In this document: piece after piece, positions 11,519 to 23,500 of the stretch
Numbering within the stretch: the stretch's first letter is position 1
How the letters are laid out: the number at the start of each line of letters is the position of its first letter
Assembly (NCBI GenBank): GCA_002269645.1
Contig: NIVC01002433.1
Location: forward strand, 110,440 to 174,439
Direction of reading: 5' to 3'
DNA from: Macrostomum lignano
Lineage: Eukaryota
DNA: 64,000 nt
The notes under the pieces: generated by a model
What the model was told of the DNA's origin: nothing
What the model saw: only the letters and a program-made list of their open reading frames with translations
Databases searched by the model: none
Program-made: the position numbers and the translations under genes

Positions 11519-14500
11519 CTAGAAGGCGGTAACAAACAGCCGGTCCAGATCCACGCAACCGTAAGCATTGGCCTGAAGCGCTTCCCGGACTACAGAATTA
11601 AGCGCCGGCACTTTTCTAGTCCAATAGTCGTAGGCGCACAGTTGGGTGTACAGCTGACGCTCGCAGTAGGACCGCTGCAGGTGGCCTCGGACGCAGGCCG
11701 GACAGCGTGGACGGCCTCGATCAAGATTGCTAATTAGCCTGCGGGTTCGCCACTGACAGGCCTGCCGGAGGCCGGGTGGGAAGGGAGAAAGCATATCGTG
11801 ATTTATTACCTGTACTTGTCAATTATCTCTGCCCTATTTAGCAAGGCCTGGTTTGGCTGTGAAATATTCTTATTCGATAAACTAAATAACGTGTTTATCT
11901 ACCTACCAGATCCTTCTAGAACAGTCTATTAAATAAATTTACCTGTCCCATAGATTACCGTATCTGTCTCCTAATTATCTGCTTCTTTGATCTCCTTTCC
12001 AGACTACCAGATATCTTACCTACCTGTCTACCAGACTCCTTACATGCATGTCTACTAGATCTCCTACCTATCTATCTCCCAGACCCGCTATCTGTCTCCC
12101 AGACCCTCTGTCTGTCCCCCGGACCCCCTACCTGTCTCCCAGATCCCCTGTCTCACAGAACCCTACATGTTTCCTAGATCCCCTACCTGTCTCCCAGACC
12201 AATACATCTGTCTCCTAGACCCCTCTACTTTTCTCCCAGATCCCTTTCTCTATCTGTCTCCCAGATCCCTCTACCTGTCTCCCAGATCCCTCTACCTGTC
12301 TCCCAGACCCCTCTACCTGTCTTTAAAATCCTTCTACCTGTTTCCCAGACCTCTCTACCTGTTTCCCAGACCTCTCTACCTGTTTCCCAGACCCCTCTAC
12401 CTGTTTCCCAGACCCCACTACCTGTTTCCCAGACCCCTCTACCTGTTTCCCAGACCCCTCTACCTGTTTCCCAGACCCCTCTACCTGTTTCCCAGACCCC
12501 TCTACCTGTTTCCCAGACCCCTCTACCTGTTTCCCAGACCTCTCTACCTGTTTCCCAGACCCCTCTACCTGTTTCCCAGACCTCTCTACCTGTTTCCCAG
12601 ACCCCTCTACCTGTTTCCCAGACCCCTCTACCTGTTTCCCAGACCTCTCTACCTGTTTCCCAGACCCCTCTACCTGTTTCCCAGACCTCTCTACCTGTTT
12701 CCCAGACCTCTCTACCTGTTTCCCAGACCCCTCTACCTGTTTCCCAGACCTCTCTACCTGTTTCCCAGACCTCTCTACCTGTTTCCCAGACCCCTCTACC
12801 TGACTCCCAGACCCCTCTACCTGTTTCCCAGACCTCTCTACCTGTTTCCCAGACCCCTCTACCTGTTTCCCAGACCCATCTACCTGTTTCCAGACCCCTC
12901 TACCTGTCTCGCAGACCCCTCTACCTGTTTCCCAGACCCATCTACCTGTTTCCCAGACCCCTCTACCTGACTCCCAGACCCCTCTACCTGACTCCCAGAC
13001 CTCTCTACCTGCCCTACTTGCACCTCAATTCCATATCGAACATTACCTGATCATCGCACACAAACTCGCCCCGATAATAGCGTCGAATATGGCGCTCAAT
13101 CGGCGCCAACAATTCGCTAGCCGCGTATTCGTCAGGCAGAGGCGCCTTGGCCCGGCAGTGCGGGCACAGTTCGTCTTGGGACTGGCCGCCGGATTCCAGC
13201 TTGGCCGGCTCCACGGGTCGGCGACAGGCGCGGCAGGGAAGCTGCAGGGAATTCGTTAGAAATTCAAGGGAAAGAGGATGTAGATTTATAAAGGTGTCGG
13301 TCATGCGCGCTTAGATTTGGGGTAATCAAGACTTCGATACTTACACGTGTACTTTACTGATATGCTGGCCTGTCTAACACATTCGTCTACCTGTCTGCCA
13401 TATTTACCTGTCTGATATTTACCTGTCTGACACATCTACCTGTCTGAGACATCCACCTGTCTGACACATCTACCTGTCTGACACATCTACCTGCCTGACA
13501 CATCTACATCTACCTGTCTGACACATCTACCTGCTGACACATCTACATCGACCTGTCTGAGACATTTACCTGTCTGACACATCTACATCTACCTGTCTGA
13601 GACATTTACCTGTCTGACACATCTACATCTACCTGTCTAACACATTTACCTGTCTGAGATATCTACCTGTCTGACATCTACCTGTCTGACACATCTACCT
13701 GCCTGACACATCTACATCAACCTGCCTGACACATCTACATCTACCTGTCTAACACATTTACCTGTCTCAGATATCTACCTGTCTGACATCTACCTGCCTG
13801 ACACTGACACATCTACATCGACCTGTCTGACACATTTATCTGTCTGACACATCTACATCAACCTGCCTGACACATCTACATCAACCTGCCTGACACATCT
13901 ACATCAACCTGCCTGACACATCTACATCAACCTGCCTGACACATCTACATCAACCTGCCTGACACATCTACATCAACCTGCCTGACACATCTACATCAAC
14001 CTGCCTGACACATTTACCTGTCTGAGATATCTACCTGTCTGACACATCTACCTGTCTTACGCAACTACCTGTCTAACATCTTTATCTACTTATCTGACAT
14101 CTCCAATCTACATGTCTGACATTTAAACCTACATTATATCTTACACTTACACATAGCTTACTAAATTTATTATTTAGCTGTCTACTATCTTACTTTACTA
14201 TTAGTCTTACAGCTATCTGACCTACCTTAAGCCACCTAGCTCGTATCCAAACCCATTTAGCCTCATCTTGCGCACTCACCGTAAGCGGCTCGCACAGTTC
14301 AAAGCGCACCTCTGGCTTAGCGAGAACGCTCTCGCCAGCCGTTTCGCCTTCGCCGTCGTCGCCATCCTCGCCTAGAGCTGCCGGCAGCATTCGGCGACGA
14401 AAAGCGCGCGAATCGACACCTACACAGTCGGCTAGATCGCCCGGATCGACTTCTTGGAGGCTCTCAGTCAGTCGGCTGACTAGAGGTAGCACCTCTTTGA

Positions 14501-17500
14501 CAAGGTAGTGCTCCCAGTCGACTGATGGAGGCGCCGACTTGTTAGCAGCGTTGGTAGAGTCTTTGGCAGCTGCGCTAGCGTTGGCGTGAAGCATTTTTCG
14601 CCATTCGGCGAGAGTGTGGACTCTGAAAAATGTTTGCAAAATTATGTTAGTTAAATGAATATGTACCTACCGATATGTATCGAAAATAAAAGTAGCTGAA
14701 TAAGCTTCAATACAGATATCGCTCAAAAATTCTGAAACTAAAGTAGAGACTTTTTCTTCTACCGATATGTATCGAAAACATGCTATCATAAATAGATTGA
14801 AAGCAATGCACCGATATGTATCGAAAACATGCTATCATAAATGGACTGGAAGCCATTAACCGATATGTATCGAAAACATTCTACCATAAATAGACTGGAA
14901 GCAATGCACCGATATGTATCGAAAACATGCTACCATAAATAGACTGGAAGCATGCACCGATATGTATCGAAAACATGCTACCATAAAAAGACTGGAAGCA
15001 ATGTACCGATATGTATCGAAAACATGCTACCATAATAGACTGGAAGCATGCACCGATATGTATCGAAAACATGCTACCATAAAAAGACTGGAAGCAATGC
15101 ACCGATATGTATCGAAAACATGCTACCATAAAAAGACTGGAAGCAATGCACCGATATGTATCGAAAACATGCTACCATAAATAGACTGGAAGCAATGCAC
15201 CGATATGTATCGAAAACATGCTACCATAATAGACTGGAAGCATGCACCGATATGTATCGAAAACATGCTACCATAAAAAGACTGGAAGCATGCACCGATA
15301 TGTATCGAAAACATGCTACCATAAATAGACTGGAAGCAATGCACCGATATGTATCGAAAACATGCTACCATAATAGACTGGAAGCAATGCACCGATATGT
15401 ATCGAAAACATGCTACCATAATAGACTGGAAGCAATGCACCGATATGTATCGAAAACATGCTACCATAAAGACTGGAAGCAATGCACCGATATGTATCGA
15501 AAACATGCTACCATAAAGACTGGAAGCAATGCACCGATATGTATCGAAAACATGCTACCATAAAGACTGGAAGCAATGCACCGATATGTATCGAAAACAT
15601 GCTACCATAAAGACTGGAAGCAATGCACCGATATGTATCGAAAACATGCTACCATAAAGACTGAAAACTATACACCGATATGTATCGAAAAGTAACTTTA
15701 AAAATAAAACAAACCTAGACGTAACGGGCCCATCTCCGGCAGCAACGAGGTACTCAACCGTGTCGCCTTTTTTGTAGCGCCGTCCAGTCGAGTCCCGTAG
15801 AGCGGCGGCAACGTGCTCGTCGTGACCTCCTCGATACTCTTCGGGAGCTTTCGTGAGCATCTTGGCAATGCTCAGCTGCTCCATCGGTACCCGATTGTTC
15901 TTTAATCCGTCAGCAACGCCGATTAAAATTTCGCGAATCTCAGCTTGAAGCGTTTCACGCGGCTTGTTGGCCAGAATGAGGTCCAGGACGCGGGACGCCG
16001 TCCCGGTTGCTATGCGACTCCAATCGCGACTGGAAATTAGAAATACAAAGAAAAACTGAATCTGCTACTTAGTAAATAGTAGAATAATCATAATATTCGT
16101 AAGGGTGCTACCTAAATTAATAAGACAAGCTGTCCAGACTACCATAGACAAGCTACCCAGAACCATAGACAAGCTACCCAGAACCATAGACAAGCTACCC
16201 AGAACCATAGACAAGCTACCCAGAACCATAGACAAGCTACCCAGAACCATAGACAAGCTACCCAGAACCATAGACAAGCTACCCAGAACCATAGACAAGC
16301 TACCCAGAACCATAGACAAGCTACCCAGAACCATAGACAAGCTACCCAGAAACATAGACAAGCTACCCAGAACCATAGACAAGCTACCCAGAACCATAGA
16401 CAAGCTACCCAGAACCATAGACAAGCTACCCAGAACCATAGACAAGCTACCCAGAACCATAGACAAGCTACCCAGAACCATAGACAAGCTACCCAGAACC
16501 ATAGACAAGCTACCCAGAACCATAGACAAGCTACCCAGAACCATAGACAAGCTACCCAGAACCATAGACAAGCTACCCAGAACCATAGACAAGCTACCCA
16601 GAACCATAGACAAGCTACCCAGAACCATAGACAAGCTACCCAGAACCATAGACAAGCTACCCAGAACCATAGACAAGCTACCCAGAACCATAGACAAGCT
16701 ACCCAGAACCATAGACAAGCTACCCAGAACCATAGACAAGCTACCCAGAACCATAGACAAGCTACCCAGAACCATAGACAAGCTACCCAGAACCATAGAC
16801 AAGCTACCCAGAACCATAGACAAGCTACCCAGAACCATAGACAAGCTACCCAGAACCATAGACAAGCTACCCAGAACCATAGACAAGCTACCCAGAACCA
16901 TAGACAAGCTACCCAGAACCATAGACAAGCTACCCAGAACCATAGACAAGCTACCCAGAACCATAGACAAGCTACCCAGAACCATAGACAAGCTACCCAG
17001 AACCATAGACAAGCTACCCAGAACCATAGACAAGCTACCCAGACTACCAAACAAGCTACCTAGATTACCATAGACAAGCTACCCAGAACCATAGACAAGC
17101 TACCCAGACTACCAAACAAGCTACCTAGATTACCATAGACAAGCTACCCAGACTACCATAGACAAGCTACCTAGACTGCCATAGACAAGCTGTACAGACT
17201 TCCATAGACAAGCTACCTAGACTGCCATAGACAAGCTGTACAGACTTCCATAGACAAGCTGTCCAGACTGCCATAGACAAGCTGCCTAGACTACCATAGA
17301 CAAGCTACCCAGACTACCATAGACAATCTATCCAGACTACCATAGACAATCTACCCAGACTACCATAGACAATCTATCCAGACTACCATAGACAATCTAC
17401 CCAGACTACCATAGACAATCTACCCAGACTACCATAGACAATCTACCCAGACTACCATAGACAATCTACCCAGACTACCATAGACAAGCTACTGAAGCCA

Positions 17501-20500
17501 CAAATAACGGCTAAAAGGAGTCCAAATGAATTACCGCACAATCTCCAGTCCTTTAACCTCGCGCTGATAGGTCAGCTCGCCATTGGCGCCCTTAGTAACA
17601 GTCAAAGCGGCGTATTTCTTCTTCCGGCAGAGCAGCATTGGCCGATAAACTCCGTCAATTTCGAGTTCCAACAATCGATAGAGCTTATTAACCTGCGCCT
17701 TAACTTTGGCGCCGATTTTCAATGCCTCGTCGTATTGGTCGCAGTGCGAATTGATCATGATTGAATCGGTGTCGCCATAGATCACTTCGAGATTGAGCTT
17801 CTCAACTAGTTCCTACGGGCAGTAGAGAGAATAGGGGACATATAGGTGTAACATTGAACTGACATTAATTTGACATTAAACTGACATGAATTTGACATTA
17901 AACTGACATGAATCTGACATTAAACTGACATGAATTCGACATTGAACTGACATGAATTTGCCATTAAAATGACATGAATTTGCCATTAAAATGACATGAA
18001 TTTGCCATTAAAATGACATGAATCTGACATTAAACTGACATGAATCTGACATGAAACTGACATTAATCTGACATTAATCTGACATGAAACTGACATGAAT
18101 CTGATATGAAACTGACATGAATCTGACATTAATCTGACATGAAACTGACATGAATCTGACATGAATCTGACATGAATCTGACATTAAACTGACAGGAATC
18201 TGACATGAATCTGACATGAATCTGACATTAGACTGACATCAAAATTACATCTAGCTTACCTTAGTCTGGGCCAAAATATCGCGACCCTTAGAGGTGACCA
18301 GAGCGGCGATGGGTTTAGCAGCGAATCGAGACTGCTGAAATCCCAAACAGCCGTAGAGCGAGTTGGCGGTCAGCTTGAGAGCTTTCTGCCGAATGTCCAA
18401 CTGCACTCGCTGTTCGTCGCGCAACTTCGGATCTTTGAGCAGGCTTTTCACTGCCCGGCGAGTCTCAACTAGTTTGCCGATTACCTGATAATGAATGTTA
18501 GTAAACATTGTCTCTGGGTGAGATTTTTAATCTTTTCAGTGAGATTTGGAATCACTGTCATGAGATTTGGAATCTCTACAGTGAGATTTGGAATCTCTAC
18601 AGTGAGATTTGGAATCTGTACAGTGAGATTTGGAATCTCTACTCTGAGATTTTAAATCTCTACAGTGAGATTTGGAATCTCTACAGTGAGATTTGGAATC
18701 TCTACAGTGAGATTTGGAATCTCTACAGTGAGATTTGGAATCTCTACAGTGAGATTTGGAATCTCTACAGTGAGATTTGGAATCTCTACTGTGAGATTTG
18801 AATCTCTACAGTGAGATTTGGAATCTCTTCAGTGAGATTTGGAATCTCTACTGTGAGATTTGAATCTCTACTGTGAGATTTGGAATCTCTTCAGTGAGAT
18901 TTGGAATCTCTACTGTGAGATTTGGAATCTCTACTGTGAGATTTAGAATTTTTGAGATTTTTAATCTCTGCAATAAGATTTAGAATCCCTTCTAAGCCAA
19001 TTCGAGACTATCACAGCAATTTCTCACCTGCGGCAGCACTCCAGCCTCACTGCCGGCCCTATCAGGCAACTCAGGCAGCCGATCTCCAGACTCCAAGCCT
19101 CGATGTTGCAGCGTTGTAAAGCACAAATTGAACTCTTGTATGATTGACGGGTAGAGCGAGTTGAAATCCAACAATAGAATGAATTTGTCGTGCAAGCCGC
19201 GTTTGGGCTCGAGGACCAGGCCGCCGGTGTATTCCGCCTTGTTCTGCTGGTTTGCAGCGTTTAATAATGGCATATTTCAACTGTGCTACTTATAGTAGGC
19301 TAGTAACGAATTTATACTTTTAAATTTTAAAATTAAAATGATTTTTTTATTTGTTAATTCAACTTAATCATAGCAAATCAATATAAATATTGATATTTTC
19401 GATACATATCGGTTTTCGATACATATCGGCATACATGTTTCTTTCCTCTTGATTTTCTAATATAGTATAATCAGTGCTAAATGAGTGCAATTTTCGCTTA
19501 AAAAGTAACCCAGGGTTTGATTGCAAATGAAGGCGACTCCCCCATCCATAAGGCGCAGAGTTTGTACGACTGACTGTGACGAGTTGAAGAAGTCAAGGCC
19601 GATTCACATCCTGTGTGAGCTAGTGCCTGAATATGAGTGGGCATACAATCTATCGGTATACACCGATATGTATCGAAAATATACTTTCTTTAAACTCATA
19701 AAATTAGGGAGCTACGTTTTGCTGCTGTTGCTGTTGCTGCTGCTGTTGATGCTGCTGTGAGTGCCTCGTTGGCGGATCGGGACAGACAAAGCCGCGCTCA
19801 GTAAACGCGTGCAACAACAGCGATTCGTTCCTCTCCGAACGGCCAAACAGCAGAGTCCTGGACCACAGATTGCCAACAATCTGAGTGATCTGCAGAGACA
19901 GCGGCAGCGCCTGCAGTTCGTGAGCCAGATTCAAGCACAGGGCCGAGTCGTTCAGCGCCGATTCCACCAGTCTGCGAACGCCTTCGGCTCGACCGCCGCT
20001 GAAGGCCTCGCGCACCTCAGCGGCTGACCAATCGCGACCGGCGCGACGGCGTTTTAATAGAGACTCGCTCAGCTCGTCTAAATCGTAGCTGCGGCCCTGC
20101 GAATGGGGAGATTTTTGAAATTGGGATCGATAAATAAAGGGAAATTTCTAAGATGTTGGGATTCTAAAAGTGAGGATTTCTCTAGCATTTTGGGATTCTT
20201 AAAATGGGGATTTTTCAAACATTATGGGATTCTTCAAATGAGGACTTCTTTAAGATCTCTGTTTCGGTTATTTATACGCATCATTAAATGGGATACTTGT
20301 TGCGTGTATTTCGATCGATGAGATTTTAATGATGAGATTGTTTGATGACACACGTATGGATGTATTTAAGATGGAATTTCTAGGAAATATATTAAGTACA
20401 GTAACTTCCATTTTAAAAAATCCAAGGGAACTTCTATTAGCTTAGCTGGTAGGTTAGCTGGTAGGTTAAACTGGTAGGTTAACTGGTAGGTTAACTGGTA

Positions 20501-23500
20501 GGTTAACTGGTAGTTTAGCTGGTAGGTTAATTTGTAGGCTAACTGGTATTTTAGCTGGTAGGTTAACTGGTAGTTTAGCTGGTAGGTTAACTGGTAGGTT
20601 AGCTGGTAGGTTAAACTGGTAGGTTAACTGGTAGGTTAAAATGGTAGTTTAGCTGGTAGGTTAAACTGGTAGGTTAACTGGTAGGTTAACTGGTAGGTTA
20701 ACTGGTAGTTTAGCTGGTAGGTTAACTGGTAGGTTAGCTGGTAGGTTAATTTGTAGGCTAACTGGTAGTTTAGCTGGTAGGTAACTGGTAGGTTAGCTGG
20801 TAAGTAACGTCAGTTAATCCAGCAAGAGTTTCATAGTCAACACGGTAGCTCAAACAATGGAGATGTGGAAGAAGATGCGTTCCAATAGTCATCAACACTA
20901 TTATATCTCCCTCACCTTAACCAGCTCCTTGGCGCTCTTCAGACAGTCCAGCAGCAGCCGACCGGCCACCGCGTGCCGAACCGGCCCCAGCCCTGGCGCC
21001 CTCTGCGGCGGCCCATTCCGTCGAAGCCGGCCGAGTTTGTGCCAGTGCGGCACCCGACACGCGGCCAGCCGGTGCAGCAGCCAAGCCAGACTGGCCCCGC
21101 AGTCGAAGCCAACCAGAACATCCGGGTCAGCCTGGTGCAGCAGGCCAAGAAGACGGCCAAGCAGAGCGCGTTCGCCAGCTTCTAACGAAGCGTTGTCCCT
21201 GCTGCCCAACAGTTCGGTGAGAGCTGCCTGGGTGCCGAATGGAACGGCGCAGCCTTGGGGACGAGCGACAACTGCTACGGCGCGTTGGAATCGGCAATTC
21301 TGCTGCTTCTGCTGTTGTTGCTTGCCTAGAAGACATTGATTGGATTTTGTTACAGTCGGCTATATAGGTGAATTGAAGCAATGCGGAGTTGAGGCTCTTG
21401 CTCAAGGACTCAAACTGTTCCGAGTGGGTCGAGAATCGAACCCCCGACCTTCAAAGTCGTGAGTCCGACGTTCTAATCACTAGGATAAAACCCAGAAACA
21501 AAAGGATCTATACATATCAATAGCTGAGAAAAAATGACAAAGTCAATTTTCTGTGATGTAGTTTTTCGGTAAACCTGCCTTCTAAAAGGTTACCAAGAAA
21601 CGTACTTTCCCGTCCTTCTAACTTGACGACTAGTCCTTGGGCGTACAGCGACGCACTTTGACTTCTAATCTAAAGACATGTACACTCGCTTTGCCATAAT
21701 TAATACAACCTGCTTACCAACTAGAGGGCCAGGCCCCAAAGCGCAGAGACCTATCTTTTTAAATTTAGAGTTTGTAGCCTAGTGTCATTGAACAAGACAC
21801 TAAACTCTGCATTGCTTCAGGTCACCCAGCTGTAAAATGGGTGCCAGCATTAGCTGGCGTATTAATTGAGGCTGTGTGTGGCGACCCTCCCCAGTCCTTG
21901 GACTGAACAGCCGTACGCAGCCTTCAGATGCGCCGCGCAATAGCTGCGGCTGAGCTGTATTATTTACAATTTAATATTAAACGACACACCTCCTCCACCG
22001 CTAGAGCCGCCGCCATCGATGCGAAACTGCCGATCAATCAGCAGAGCCAAACAGGCGACCTCTTTATCGCAGGCAACAGTGTACAGAGTAGCCACAGTTA
22101 ATGGCGGGTGTCCCAGCTTCTGCGCTGCATCAGTTGGAGTCTTTTTCAATTTTCTATGATCGTTCAGTGTGGCATCGATTTTGCACCAGCTGAACTGAGC
22201 CAGCTGGCGTTTAGCTCCGGAGATGTCCAACCAGCAGGGACCGTACAGCTGTCGGTCGAGGATCAGAGTCTCCAGGGAGCTGGTCTGCGGATTTTTTGTT
22301 TGTTTATTTAAATAATAGAAATAAACTAAACATAGAATAAGTAGATCTAGTATGTGATGTACATTATATTGTATCGGCTATAGTCGTTCTCGTGCATATT
22401 GTACATTAGATACATTAAAATTACATTATTTCTGGTGTTCCAATTTCTGCATTCTGGTGCACTTTAAGCGACATTGTCACACAACCGGCGAGAGACATTA
22501 CTGCCCATTCTGCCCACTCCCCTGAGCAGGCAAACAAGCGCGCGGATACGTACGCAGTCATACGCACAGGCACGCACTCACAAAGATATGTACAGTACTT
22601 CACTGTGCCTTGGGCATTGGCCCTCAAAGGCGTTGTTAATTTCACGAGCAGAGCCAAGCCGAGATTCCAATTTAGCCCCAAATTAATGTGACTGCACTTG
22701 GAATCGAGCCTGGGCCGCTGGCACATCAGAGCACCGCGCCAGACCACTAGCCTACGCCCCCGCAGATACACATCAGAATCGCATTAAATACACATCAGAA
22801 TCGCATTAGATACACATTAGAATCGTATTAGATACACATTAGACACACATCAGAATCACATCAGATACACATTAGAATCACATCAGATACAAATTAGAAT
22901 CGCATTAGATACAAATTAGAATCCCATTATATACCCATTAGAATCACATTATAATCACATCAGATACACGTTAGAATCACATCAGATATACATTAGAATC
23001 ACATCAGATACAAATTAGAATCGCATTAGATACAAATTAGAATCCCATTAGATACCCCATCAGAATCACATCAGATACACATTAGAATCACATTAGATAC
23101 ACATTTAGAATCACATCAGATACACATTAGAATTACACTAGATACAAATTAGATACCCATTAGATACCCATTAGAATCCCATTATAATCACATCAGATAC
23201 ACATTAGAATCACATCAGATACACATCAGAATCACATCAGATACCCATCAGAATCACATCAGATACACATTAGAATCACATCAGATACACATTAGAATCA
23301 CATCAGATAAACATTAGAATCACATCAGATACCCATCAGAATCACATTAGATACACATTAGAATCACATCACTCAGATACACATCAGAATCACATCAGAT
23401 ACCCATCAGAATCACATCAGATACCCATCAGAATCACATCAGATACCCATCAGAATCACATCAGATACGCAGCAGAATCACATCAGATACGCAGCAAAAT

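Noticed and set aside
16124-17482. Regular short direct repeats as a CRISPR-like array
   Set aside because: Units are contiguous with no unique spacers, no cas genes, and the context is eukaryotic. The same holds for all other arrays.
20857-21339. Plus-strand ORFs over POLA1, kinase, CEP83 and FET exons (e.g. 5973-6218, 20857-21339, 52378-52839)
   Set aside because: Antisense shadows of GC-rich coding exons.
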